From Octopus vulgaris (Eukaryota), in assembly GCA_951406725.2 (NCBI GenBank), contig OX597819.1, positions 127,038,001 through 127,102,000 of the forward strand: DNA of 64,000 nt, given 5' to 3'. The position numbers and the translations under genes are program-made. The notes below the pieces were generated by a model, which was given only the letters and a program-made list of their open reading frames with translations, searched no databases and was not told the DNA's origin. Below, one piece after another: positions 44,711 through 57,895 of the stretch. Each line of letters starts with the position of its first letter. The first letter of the stretch is position 1.

Positions 44711-45131
44711 GGATCTTTTCGGTTTGAACGGCAGTTTTTTCTAGTGGTGTCATATGAAATTGTCACCCATAATTATGACCCTAGTATCGATCTATTGCAT
44801 TTCAATCTATTTTAGGATTAGGATTAGGGTTAGGGGTGGGGGAAGGGTATCTTTTTTTCTTCACAAATATAAATAAACCCAATCTGTTTCTTAAACGAGA
44901 GATATATTCATACGGCACAGAATGTTTTTTACCTCAATAGACGTAATTGATTGGTTGAAATTGCTGAAATTGAAGAAAAAAACCCCAAATATCTTACAAA
45001 CTATAGAATTTTCTCAATAAAGCCAAAAGAAAAAGATGTTTTATAAACACATTCTACCAGTATACGAAGTTTAAAAGTGTTTAGTTAGCTAGAAATTATA
45101 TTAAAAACTGCCGTTCAAACCGAAAAGATCC
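44711..45131. mobile_element. MITE copy 2 (GGATCTTTTCGG TIR) with a perfect 8-bp TSD
   Basis: aaggaata at 44703-44710 and 45132-45139. Homologous to 5851-6273. Confidence 0.92.
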
Positions 45132-45805
45132 AAGGAATAAATTGTATAGTGTTGTTCTAGATACACTATAGTTAAATAGTAGAGGGGATGATTACGTCTG
45201 GAACGCTTTTGATCATAGAGATGCCTAGCTAGTATTAACCTAGGGCTTAACAACAGCAAAATCATCAAAACATTTTATGGCACGTTCTACTTATTTGTAT
45301 GTTTGTTTGGATGATACCTGATATCGAAACCACGTAACTGTGGACTGGTTTCGTGCTAGTAATTCCTTAGCCGCGTCATAAAATCGATATAAAGATTTTC
45401 ATAGATTTCCTCGTTGCACAATAATAAATTCTGGGTTAAAAGAAAAGACCAAGTGAAGTGAACAGATTAATTACGCCATTTTCAATAGTTCATGGTTGCA
45501 GAAATATTGTTGGTGTTAATGTTGTTGCCGGTGATAGCCAGGATAGTTGAAGCAAAATTCCACGCGGTGAAATCTTCTTCATATAATATGGTCTTTATGA
45601 TGTGATGATTTTGAGTAAAAGGTATCCTATTCATCACAACTGAATACGACATCCACTTGGTGATGTCTGCCTGTTTGTTGTTCTACGTTGAATATGGAAC
45701 AGAGTCCATCACGACAGACTTCACGGCATTCAAGGATTAAAGTCTGAATCCATTTTCAAGTAATCCTAAGTGATTGGTCGATTGTACTATGAAACTTACA
45801 TTCAC

Positions 45806-45854
<49 letters not shown>

Positions 45855-46538
45855 TCTCTCTCTCTCTGATGCATCCACAGGGAAACCCACAAGCACAGAT
45901 ACGCACACAAAATACAAACATACAGACATGCTGAGAGTGTACTCAGCCTCCGTTTACTGAGAGTAGTTTTGATTTTATTCATGTTGTCCCAGGCATGACT
46001 CGATGTTTTGGTAGATTAAACCTAGGATCAAAGGCAGTCTACCCGTGATCATCTTATCACTTTCGGGTATTTTGCGTGCATGCGCATGCTTTAGTATTTG
46101 TGTATTAATGAGCCTTCCCACTAATTTAGAAAGACGGCGTGATTTGTCTCATCTGAACGTCTTCAGTCAGTAACTCATTAGATACAAACTTGCCTACAAA
46201 TGAAGGAAAAGTTTTCTTGTCTTTCATCCATTTACTGCCCACCACCAACGAAAGGTTATATCAGTGTGAATTGAGAAAAAATGCAAACATCTAAGTCATT
46301 GACTTCTTATCTCACATCATGATTTGTCTGTTTGGCAACTAAACATAGCTTCATATCTACATGATCGGGTGGGTGTTCCATATAAGGACACAACTTTAGC
46401 TTGAAAACAGTCGATTTCTCGATCGGGCATTTATATCACTAAAAAAAAGCAGAATTTAAATTCAGAGCGTAAAATGGAAGAAATGCAACGAAGCATTTTG
46501 TCTGGTGTGCTAACGAATCTGCCCGCTCGCAGCCTTTA

Positions 46539-46603
<65 letters not shown>

Positions 46604-46693
46604 TTAGTGGTGTTGGTGGTGGTGGTTGTAGTAGTAGTAGCAGCAGCAGCAGTAGTAGCAGGGGTGGCGGTTGTGGTGGTGGTGGTGGTGGTG
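46539..46693. repeat. (AGT)n/(GGT)n trinucleotide array
   Basis: Seen directly in the sequence. Confidence 0.95.
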
Positions 46694-46774
46694 ATAATGT
46701 TTCCCTACAATCCATTAAGTGTTCTGAATAAGAGCAAGGATGTGACAAGAGGATATCATGTCGTGTGGTTATAT

Positions 46775-47640
46775 AAAAATATGTAAACAGTACAAAAATT
46801 GAAGCAAAGAAACAGAAATTTCACACAGTAAAGAATTTCCCTGAAAAGGAGAGCACCAAGGGCTGCTCGTGGAAACTCCAATATACTACAGACACCCTGT
46901 CTACTAGGAGAAAATGCCTTCACCCTTTTCTCTCCCAAGGCGCATAATCAGAGCAAACCCACTTTGCTTGGAGCATACTTGCCGTCCTCGTCTACCTTTC
47001 ATCAAATTTTCTGTGAGGCAGCACTTCCCATCTGCACCTTCAATTTCCTTTCCAAATGAAGCTTGAAAAAGTTGATGAAGGCTTCGCCAAAGAGAACATC
47101 GTCTTCCACACTTTCAGGCTTATCCACTACACTACTTCTTCTGCCATATCCAACAGGCAGATGAAAGCTGCCCATCCTTTCCGGTCTAAATAAAGATAAC
47201 TGGGTCCGCCCTACATGCAGCAGAAGGCGGTCAATATAACTCCACAGATCAGCAATGCTCAGGTACTGGACAAGTGCGGGCAGAAAGAGTTGACTGCACA
47301 ACGTGCATCTCGGGCAGACCCAGCTAACGACATCCGTTCCTGTAGAGTTTATTCGAAACTCTCAATGTCATTTGGTAGCACTGTCAGGCCAGGATTTCTG
47401 GAAAATATGCCTGTGCCCTGGTTCGAAATCTTCTGTATAGACTGGCCAGTTAGTTTCGATCCCCACGCATACTATACGTTGCCACTCTTGCCCATTACAA
47501 GCCCTCTGTTGAAAGGCAGGGTGGAAATTCCACTGGCCACATTTCCTAACAGGCAGAAGGCTGGAAGCACCTGACGATACTTCCGAGTGTCCTGTATCTG
47601 TCTATACTTGATCCGATTGGCTGCACAGATCACATATTTG
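46775..47640 (-). mobile_element. L1/Tx1-like LINE 3' fragment
   Basis: The minus strand reads FYRG-like, ..QCYQM..RVSNKLYRNG..VCPRC..ALVQ..IADLWSYIDRLL..FFKLHLERKLKV. This resembles the Tx1 C-terminal zinc-binding region. Confidence 0.6.
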
Positions 47641-48029
47641 TTTTCTGCCCTATAGATGTGCAACGCACACAGAAGCATCCAGTTATCGGTAGTTGAACAC
47701 AATTTTCCCGATGCACAACCGGTAATAGGTCACTCAGAAGAGAAAGAATAGAGCAGAATAGATTTAGACAATTATTTATGAGTAAAAATAAATGAAAATG
47801 TAATGGAGGAAATAGCTAATAAGAAAATTTGAAAGGTCTATTAGGACAGGTATTATGACCGATGGGCAAGCAGTTAGAATGCCATCCCCAACCGTTTCAT
47901 CAACACGAATTACAACGGTTGAATTGTCAGAGGAAAGGTGATAGCTCTTAGACTCGTAGGCAACAATTCGCGTGATAGTGAGTGAGACAAGATGTGGTTA
48001 CACAGCCACTGTTCGGTCCTTTCATACAG

Positions 48030-48352
48030 CTTACTTGTACATACTTGTGGCGACATTCACCCTGGGCGGGTTGAGTCGGCTTCTTCTACTCATGGAAGAA
48101 GTTTCGTAGGAATATGTGGATTTCACAAGCGGTCCCCAACAATCCTGCATGTGGAGACATCCTGTTTGCCGCAGATTGTCCACAGATGCAGGGACAGAAC
48201 GACCGAGGAGCCGCCGGTTGCCGCAGCAGACACTCCGAGGATTTTCACCAGAGCCCCGTCTGCTGGGTTGTGGCCCTAATACCACTCGGTGTCAGACCAA
48301 TCCGCCTTGGGGGGCCCTACCAGGAACCGAAGATCCCGACGGCATGGCTCTG
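48030..48352 (-). mobile_element. Probable 5' end (UTR to EN start) of an RTE-like LINE
   Basis: The minus strand agagccatgccgtcgggatcttcggttcctggtagggcc resembles RTE 5' leaders. It ends in RVNVATSMYK, which resembles the EN start. Confidence 0.45.
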
Positions 48353-48496
48353 ACACTTTTCATACAGCATTCTTACACGTGACCATATGTGATGTTAGTA
48401 TGGAAGCAGTATTCTTAAGGTTTGATAGGAGCATGTTAATAGCCACTTTGAGGTTGAACAATTACATAATGATGTACACGGATGCTTTCTCGCTGG

Positions 48497-48785
48497 AATA
48501 TGTGATCTGTGCAGCCAATCGGATCAAGTATAGAATGAGACAGGACACTTGGAAGTATCGTCAGGTGCTTGCAGCCTTCTGCCTGTTAGGAAATGCGGCC
48601 GGTGGAATTTCCACCCTGCCTTTCTACAGAGGGCTTGTAATGGGCAAGAGTGGCAACGTATAGTATGCGTGGGGATCGAAATTAACTGGCTAGTCTGTTC
48701 AGAAGATTTCGAACTAGAGCACAGGCATATTTTCCAGAAATCCTGGCCTGACAGTGCTACCAAATGGCATTGAGAGTTTCGAATA
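48497..48785 (+). mobile_element. Inverted second copy of Tx1-like segment 47350-47638
   Basis: Reverse-complement match with scattered substitutions. Confidence 0.85.
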
Positions 48786-49510
48786 TATATATATATATAT
48801 ATATAGTCTCATACATTCTCAGATGAAACAGACCTCGTACCAGTTTGTGTTCTGGCCATGACCATCCAGATTTATCTTCTTGTACAGTGTACTTACGACT
48901 ACACAATGAAATATGTAACCTTACATCAATGAGAGGTTTGCTATTTTTAGCAACCTGAATGCTGAATATTTTATGGCAGTGTTAGTGCTATTAGTTTTAG
49001 AGTAATGAACCAAGAAATTCTAATTTGTTGTCATAACACTTGTGAGATAATCATTAACATAATGAGCAAGTCTATTCAATAAATGCGCGAGAGACAATCC
49101 TGAAATCTTAATTGAAATTAATTAAAAAGGAATGTGGGCTATGTAACTGAGTGCTTTTGATCTTGGGAGTAAAGAGAATAACGTCGGACGTGTGTGTAAG
49201 CCTTATTAGACCACCACCTGGAAATATAAATCTTTACACATAATGCCAGATAAAGACTTTAAACACAAACACGTACGCAAACATACACACGCACAATTAC
49301 ACACGTACACACGCACGCAAACACGCATACACACATACTTGTGTGAATGTAATCTAAGTGGTGTAATGATCTTAAATAAAAGCCAGGGAATATATCCAGC
49401 AGTTGGTGCTGGATGAAAACCGAATGGTTATGCCTGTGCCAATTAACTGAGTGTAGTAAGCTAAGATATTTTAATTAATTAAAAGGCCCTGTACTTCACT
49501 GATGAAGCCT

Positions 49511-49732
49511 ATTTCTTTACTACCCACAAGGGGCTAAACACAGAGAGGATAAACAAGGACAGACAAACGGATTAAGTCAATTATATCGACCCCAGTGCGT
49601 AACTGGTACTTATTTAATCGACCCCGAAAGGATGAAAGGCAAAGTCGACCTTGGCGGAATTTGAACCCAGAACGTAACGACAGACGAAATACCACTAAGC
49701 ATTTCGCCCGGCGTGCTAACGATTCTGCCAGC
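49511..49732 (-). mobile_element. SINE family A with 15-bp TSD
   Basis: tcactgatgaagcct at 49496-49510 and 49733-49747. Confidence 0.9.
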
Positions 49733-51699
49733 TCACTGATGAAGCCTGTGACACCGAAATATGTCCACAGTTATCACGTTTCTATTGAGATCAGACTTTG
49801 TTTATATTTAGATATTTTATTCATATCGTATCCCTCTTTTTCTTAAGAATCTATCGATTCCTTATTCTTTACTTTCCCTTTTTCAGTGACGCCATGATGG
49901 TGCAAAGCCTTAAAAGTCCGGTACAAATTGTTTAATGTGATACATATTCTATCGGTATCTTTGGTCTAAACACTAGTTTTATAAGGGCGGTGCCCCAGCA
50001 TGGCTTCAGCCGGATGGCTGAAACAAGTAAAAGAGTAAAAGAGTATACAAAACAGGATTCTTTCAGTTTCCGTCTACCAAACCCGTTCACACAACCGTGT
50101 GGTTGGAAGTAAGCTCCTTACTACACAGCAACCTTCCTTCCTCTTAATTAAGTCAACATCAACCGATGGAGTTGGTTTCCTCATCAATTTTATAGTAGCT
50201 TGTTCGAAGTGATGCTGCTTCCTTTTCAGTATTATTCTTATTATGGAAATTGGTGTACTAAATATGTGATATTTACTGATTGCGGTTAATACAACACCAA
50301 TAGCAGTATTCCATATATATATATAGCTAAATAATAAAATAAATTTTTAACGCGAAACAAAGCAAAACAAGATGGAATATCACAAATTATAGGTAAAATT
50401 AATCAACTTCAACTTTAATTTTCTCTAATCCATTTAGTTTATATCAGTCGTCGACGACCGATGCTTTGCTGAAAAAGGAATCCTGTAGATTCTGTAACCA
50501 TAAAAACGGTCTCTCTCTGAGTTTTCGACGATGGTGTCGATAGTATTGAAAAAAAAAGAGAGAATTTCTTTGCCTGAATTCTACTCACAAACATTTAGCC
50601 ACCACTAATCCAAACACGATGTCTCCCCAACACACACAACCTAGTAAGTGTTGTATAGTCTAGCATCTTTGTTGGTGTTCTAAAATGCACATCAGTTAGA
50701 GAAAGTGTCTGGGAGTTAAAATGACAGAGTTAATCCTTTTGAAATTTTGTATGATTGCAGCTGGTTATCTCTGGAATCGAAACTTGCTTACTGTCTTTTG
50801 CTCTACAGAACATGATACACAGCAGCCAATCTCCAAAAGACAACCTAAATTTAGTTTCTAACAATGTAATAATATATAATAAAAACAACAAAATACCACC
50901 GCCCCGCAAAAAGACAATAACTTTAGTGATAAGATTTTTTTTCTTTTGTATTTCATAGCGCGAAACAAAACTTTCATCGTGTGTGTCTATTTGTGAAATT
51001 TCACACCTAATTGAAAAATCGTGATAGTTATACGTATTTCACAGAAGAAAAAAATGAATATATATCTATAGTATATGAAAATCTTACACCCATCTTATAA
51101 TTTAATAAACTTATCATTCGTATAATCTCTGTTAACCAACTTGCTGGGTTTTTTATTAGACAGCATCACTCAAAGACCGCAGAGACAGCGGTTCGGTTCT
51201 TAATCATTGGCTTTTGTGCTGTTTCCATGGGAAACTTGGAAAAGCTTGGGCAAGTGTTTTGACAGTTTAATATTTGTTGTATTCAAGGTGGCGAGCTGGA
51301 AGAACCATTAATACGCCGGACAAAATACTTATTGGCATTTCGTCTGTCTTTTACTTTGAATTGAAATTCCTTCGAGGTCGACTTTGCCTTTCATCCCATT
51401 CAGGATCAATAAAATAAGAACCAGTTGAACACTGGGGTTTGAAAACAATATTCATTGAATTCAGCTTTTATTTGTTGTGTATAATATTTAGCATAAATTC
51501 GTAGGCGAAAACATGGTGCTGGATTAGCAGAAGCGTTAACTCAAATCCCACTGAGGTCAGCTTTGCAACTTTGCGACATTGACGCTTTGGACAATTTCCC
51601 TTTGTCGGGATGATGTGCGTCACCTGCAATGAAATACTGTCACTTTGGTTGTTTCTTCACGCGTAAGAGAACATAGAAGCTATAGCCTTTACAATATCT

Positions 51700-51862
51700 G
51701 TTTCTTTATTACCCACAAGGGACTAAACATAGAGGGGACAAACAAGGACAGACAAACGGATTAAGTCAATTACGTCGACCCCAATGCATAACTGGTACTT
51801 AATTTATCGAGCCCGAAAGGATGAAAGGCAAAGTCGAACTCGGCGGAATTTGAACTCAGAAC
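51700..51862 (-). mobile_element. SINE family A, 5'-truncated
   Basis: Matches the family A tail through the B box. Confidence 0.85.
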
Positions 51863-52303
51863 TACAATATCAGAGTATTGCTACCACATAAACTATATCT
51901 TCTATGTGCCGTTGCGCGCGAGGAAACAACTAGAGTGGCGCCATTTCATTGCAGTAGACACACATGGTAACTACAGAACTGCTATGGAAGATTCGCCATC
52001 TAATTGTGGGTTCAAGAATTCTAGTTTTGACTTGAACTAGACGTTAGTGAGAGTGGGCTGCCCCTTATTATCAGCCTCTCCTTTCTATCTTCCTGAGCGC
52101 TAACAAGGCTAGTGAAGACAAATGGAGATATACCAGAAATGCAGATTGAATTCTGAGTCTCATCTTCCTTTGAGATAAACGTCCTAGAATGTCGTTCCTA
52201 TATATCACAATACTGCCGCGAAAACCCGACCACTGAGAGTTACGCTTCGTCCACACAATCAGTCGAAAATCCATTTTTCATTTATGCATAAGTTATTAAT
52301 ACC

Positions 52304-52456
52304 TATTTCTTTACAACCCACAAGGGGCTAAACACAGAGAGGACAAACAAGGACAGACAAACGGATTAAGTTGATTACATCGACCCCAGTGCGTAACTGG
52401 TACTTAATTTATCGACTCCGAAAGGACGAAAGGCAAAGTCGACTTCGGCGGAATTT
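52304..52456 (-). mobile_element. SINE family A, 5'-truncated, with 16-bp TSD
   Basis: ataagttattaatacc at 52288-52303 and 52457-52472. Confidence 0.9.
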
Positions 52457-52939
52457 ATAAGTTATTAATACCACCCAGAATTTAATATTCTTCGATTACC
52501 GCCAACTTGCCATATCGGCCGGGTAATGTCGTGATAGTTTGTGAATCTGCAGGTGAGGACTAGGTGACGTGAAGCAACCACTAGCAGAAGAGCTGCCCTG
52601 AAAAAGAACTTGAAGGACACCCAGCAAAGGTGCTGTCATACCCTTAGAACTCATGCTTCCTTTGTTGAATAAGCACAAATATACATCCTGAGTGAGGTGG
52701 AAGTAATTAGTTGAAGCTAGTAGAGCTGTTCTCGAGTTTGCCCTGCAGAAGCCCATTAGGCTTAACCGCGCTGTCTATTTAAACTGAGAGGTTTATCTAG
52801 CGTATGCTGTTTACATGAGAAATTATTCATAATACATAAATGTAAATATACAAGCATCGACATGTTTGGATGTAAAAATGAACGGAAAGTACACGGCAGA
52901 ATATTTTCTGTTATTCATTCAAAGTCAACCATCATCATG

Positions 52940-52980
<41 letters not shown>

Positions 52981-53108
52981 TATATAAAGCGCATAAAATT
53001 ATAATGGAGGATGTCCATCCTTTATAGCCGATACTTGTTTGTCTGGATTCTATTATACGCATTTGACGTATTCTTACCCTTTGAGTATATATATATATAT
53101 ATATATAT

Positions 53109-53486
53109 ACTCTTTTACTTGTTTCAGTCATTTGACTGCGGCCATGCTGGAGCACCGCCTTTAATCGAGCAACTCGACCCCGGGACTTATTCTTTTGTAA
53201 GCCCAGTACTTATTCTATCGGTCTCTTTTGCCGAACCGCTAAGTAACGGGGACATAAACACACCAGCATCGGTTGTCAAACACAGACACACAAACACACA
53301 CACGCATATATATACATATATACGACGGGCTTCTTTCAGTTTCCGTCTACCAAATCCACTCACAAGGCTTTGGTCGGCCCGAGGCTATAGTAGAAGACTC
53401 TTGCCCAAGGTCCCACGCAGTGGGACTGAGCCCGGAACCATCTGGTTGGTAGACAAGCTACTTACCACACAGCCACTCCTGCGCCT
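53109..53486 (-). mobile_element. SINE family B
   Basis: Reverse complement of the 28757 type. Confidence 0.9.
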
Positions 53487-53556
53487 ATGTATACATATAT
53501 GTATGTATATATATATTTACCGGAAAAACTGATGCTGCAGATAATACTTTACTACA

Positions 53557-54690
53557 TTTATGTAAGTAAAATTACGTAATATGTTAATAGTGAAACATGT
53601 ATGCGAATAATCCATGTTTTTATTGACGTCCTAGTATGCAGTCCTGCAAATTATATTCATCTGGACGGTCGCACCGATGATCTACGGATATTTATGTAAG
53701 TAAAATTACGTAATATGTTAATAGTGAAACATGTATGCGAATAATCCATGTTTTTATTGACGTCCTAGTATGCAGTCCTGCAAATTATATTCATCTGGAC
53801 GGTCGCACCGATGATCTACGGATATTTATGTAAGTAAAATTACGTAATATGTTAATAGTGAAACATGTATGCGAATAATCCATGTTTTTATTGACGTCCT
53901 AGTATGCAGTCCTGCAAATTATATTCATCTGGACGGTCGCACCGATGATCTACGGATATTTATGTAAGTAAAATTACGTAATATGTTAATAGTGAAACAT
54001 GTATGCGAATAATCCATGTTTTTATTGACGTCCTAGTATGCAGTCCTGCAAATTATATTCATCTGGACGGTCGCACCGATGATCTACGGATATTTATGTA
54101 AGTAAAATTACGTAATATGTTAATAGTGAAACATGTATGCGAATAATCCATGTTTTTCTTGACGTCCTAGTATGCAGTCCTGCAAATTATATTCATCTGG
54201 ACGGTCGCACCGATGATCTACGGATATTTATGTAAGTAAAATTACGTAATATGTTAATAGTGAAACATGTATGCGAATAATCCATGTTTTTATTGACGTC
54301 CTAGTATGCAGTCCTGCAAATTATATTCATCTGGACGGTCGCACCGATGATCTACGGATATTTATGTAAGTAAAATTACGTAATATGTTAATAGTGAAAC
54401 ATGTATGCGAATAATCCATGTTTTTATTGACGTCCTAGTATGCAGTCCTGCAAATTATATTCATCTGGACGGTCGCACCGATGATCTACGGATATTTATG
54501 TAAGTAAAATTACGTAATATGTTAATAGTGAAACATGTATGCGAATAATCCATGTTTTTCTTGACGTCCTAGTATGCAGTCCTGCAAATTATATTCATCT
54601 GGACGGTCGCACTGATGATCTACGGATATTTATGTAAGTAAAATTACGTAATATGTTAATAGTGAAACATGTATGCGAATAATCCTTATT
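53557..54690 (+). repeat. Tandem array of ~8.4 near-identical 134-bp units, one type I hammerhead-like motif per period
   Basis: Units start at 53557, 53691, 53825, 53959, 54093, 54227, 54361, 54495 and 54629. Motif: TCGCA-CYGATGA-stem II-GAAA-CATG-TA-TGCGA. Confidence 0.9.
54607..54678 (+). ncRNA. Hammerhead motif with canonical CUGAUGA core (last copy in the array)
   Basis: tcgca 54607-11, ctgatga 54612-18, gaaa 54664-67, catg, ta 54672-73, tgcga 54674-78. Confidence 0.72.
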
Positions 54691-55005
54691 TTTATTGCTT
54701 TTTCTTTTGTCTTACTCGATTGCGTTTTGGTTGTTTTGCTGAATTTTTCTTTAGAACATTTCTTAGTGGTAAGACCATAGCGGATCTATTTCTAGCATAA
54801 GGGTGTCCACATAGTGGTATCCCTCTAATATGTGTATATATATACCTGTTTTTTCGTTGTTTAAAAAAATGTCCGTTTCCATGGTTTTGTTTTTATGCTT
54901 TCGTTTCTCATTGTGTTCGACGTTTATTTGGTGTCATGTATATATACATATGGATGTAGGTAGGTACATATATGTATATATGCATATGTTTTATTTATTA
55001 TTTTG

Positions 55006-55051
<46 letters not shown>

Positions 55052-55115
55052 TAAACATAGATTATTTTACATTTAATGCATCAGATTACTATGAACAACG
55101 TGTAACATAAATTTT

Positions 55116-55151
<36 letters not shown>

Positions 55152-55167
55152 GTACTAATAGTAGTTG

Positions 55168-55198
<31 letters not shown>

Positions 55199-55987
55199 CG
55201 CATAGAATCGCTATTGTAAGATATACTTGCGAAAATTTAGTAGCAAGCGTTTGAGAGCTATCAAGCACCACAGAATGAAAACTGTAACATGGGTACTCTG
55301 AGAAGAAAAAAAAAAAAAAAAGATTTGAGATTCCCTTAATGACAACAGCAGATGTTGACTGGATTGTTGATCACTACATACTTTAGACTCTAAATAAAAA
55401 CGAATCGTAAAAGAAAATACAGAAAATCTCTTATTTCTCGATGATGATATCAGATACTTCTAAAGACATGCTATATGTCTTGTTAGTTAGTTTTTGATTT
55501 TCTTTCAGTTTTATTTATTTATTTATTTAATTATTTATTTATTTATTTACAAAAATATGTGTAATTTTTAAAATATATTTTTAGAGTACTTGTTTTTTTT
55601 TTTTGTAACATGTATGATTCTGTTTTTAGGTTCTAGAGGTTAGTTTAGAAGTATGTAGTTTGTTATTTTATTTAAGTAACCATTTTCCGTGTTGTAACTA
55701 TTGAGAAAAATAAAAAAAATAAGAGAGAATATATAGTTATTGGGATAAAAAAAATAACAAAAAAGTAATCAAACGGGGCTTCTTTACGAGGCTTTACTGT
55801 ATTATGAAAGAAAAGGGAGCGATGGTGGAAATAGTATAAGTGAGCCCAAGAAAAATTGAGTTGCAAAATGTAAGATCGATTTCTAAAAAAGTGACAAAAG
55901 CCGAAAGGATTTGTAAGGGTAGATACCATGCCACACACAAATAAATGTATGTTTACTGGTTTATTGGTTAAACAGACATACATGCAT

Positions 55988-56614
55988 AGGGAGCGTTTAC
56001 GAAATAAACAAAAGACGAAGGCAGGTGGTGTACAAAACAAACAGATATATTAGTATAACGCTCAGGAATAGAAAAAGTCTTTTACGTTTCGAGCCTACGC
56101 TCTTCTACAGAAAGGGACACAGAAAAAACAAGGAGAGAAAAAAAATGTGTAGTGGCTAACGATCTATCATGGAGACTGCTATATATATATAGGGAGCGTT
56201 TACGAAAAAAAAAATCAATAGACGAAGACAGGTGGTGTACAAAACAAACAGATGTATTAGTATAACGCTCAGGAATAGAAAAAGTATTTTACGTTTCGAG
56301 CCTACGCCCTTCTACAGAAAGGGACACAGAAAAAAACAAGGAGAGAAGCACGGAGAGAAAACAAAATGTGGGAAGTGGCTAACGATCTATCATGGCGACT
56401 GCTATATATATATATATAAAGAGAGTTTACGAAAAATCAAAAGACGAAGACAGGTGGTGTAAAAAACAAACAGATGCATTAGTATAACGCTCAGGAATAG
56501 AAAAAGTCATTTACGTTTCGAGCCTACGCTCTTCTACAGAAAGGGACACAGAAAAAAACAAGGAGAGAAGCACGGAGAGAAAAAATGTGTGCAGTGGCTA
56601 ACGATCTATTATGA
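55988..56614 (-). mobile_element. Trimer of ~200-bp units separated by (TA)n, each with a minimal HHR variant
   Basis: Units start at 55988, 56191 and ~56418. Minus strand: CTTT-CTGTAGA-a-GAGC gtag GCTC-GAAA-CG-TA-AAAG (e.g. 56079-56114). Confidence 0.8.
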
Positions 56615-56693
56615 ATGCATACCTACATATATAAATACATATGCGTGCGCGCAAACACATGCACATACACACACACGCACACACACACACACA

Positions 56694-56736
<43 letters not shown>

Positions 56737-57026
56737 CGTGAATTTTAGCCATTTAGATAAAGCATATACAAAAGTGTTGCAAGATGCATTCCAGAAGTTT
56801 TGAAACGTTTTTAGGAGAGGCAGTCGTAAATGTTCTAGTATTTTATTACTATACACCAAATAAGCTGACCTACCAACTTCTTTCATTACAAATTGTAGGA
56901 GACAGCTGTAACACGGCTTTGAACAAGCCCTACTAAGCATTGCATGTTACGGTTGACTAGTTTTCAGAAGTTAGTCGAGACCTGAAGATAAGTTGGAAGA
57001 ACGCTATGCAATCGAGTTTTGTGCTA

Positions 57027-57238
57027 CACTCTTTACTCTTTTACTTGTTTCAGTCCTTTGACTGCGGCCATGCTGGAGCACCGCCTTTAGTCGAGCAAAT
57101 CGACCCCAGAACTTATTCGTTTGTAAACTTAGTACTTATTCTTTCGGTCGCTTTTTGCCGAACCGCTAAGTTACGGGGACGTAAACACACCAGCATCGGT
57201 TGTCAAGCGATGTTGGGGTGACAAACACAGACACGCAA

Positions 57239-57240
<2 letters not shown>
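57027..57240 (-). mobile_element. SINE family B, 3' half
   Basis: Runs from the tail to the internal microsatellite. Confidence 0.85.
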
Positions 57241-57305
<65 letters not shown>

Positions 57306-57307
57306 CA

Positions 57308-57895
57308 CTGGGCAAAAATGCTACAGAAACTTATGAAATGCAGCAGGCTGCTTATGGATTAGCTTGTATAAGCCGAGTATCCGTTTTCGCTGGCAGAAGA
57401 GATTCAAGGACGTTAGAGGGAAGGTGAGAGATGATGAAAAGTGTAAGCGAGAGAATATCAGAGCTGACTGAGAGAATTCGCAATTTTCTACATAAAGACC
57501 GTCGTATCTGTACAAAGCAGAGAGGACACAGCTTGAAGATGGTGCGGAAACTGCATACAGAATTATTCATGAAGGTCTGAACATGTCCAAAATTTGTGCA
57601 AAGTTTGTCCCCAGGCTGCTCAGAGACGAAGAGAAAGAAAGACGCTTTAGTGACATTACCTCCAATCCAAGACTACTTGACTCTTTGATGACCTGAAACG
57701 AGAGTTGTATCTACTGTTATGACCCAGAAACCAAAAGACTGTGTACCCAATGGAAGCATCCTAACCACCACCTAAGAAAGCCTGGGAATGCAAATGAACT
57801 GGGAAGCTCATAATGATGCCCTTTTCTTTTTCAAAAGCAAGAAAATCATCTCTGTCCACTGGATCCTCTCTGGACAGACAATTAATAGAGTGTAA
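57308..57895 (+). mobile_element. Mariner transposase relic
   Basis: LGKNATETYEM..AYG, RW.KRFK, KICAKFVPRLL, MT*NESCIYCYDPETK..QWK and GQTIN. Confidence 0.88.

Noticed and set aside
49733-49780. ctgatgaagcctgtgacaccgaaatatgtc, a hammerhead-like string at a SINE target site
   Set aside because: The core words are present but stems I and II do not pair convincingly.
53557-54690. CRISPR array
   Set aside because: The units are identical end to end with no unique spacers, the context is eukaryotic, and there are no cas genes.
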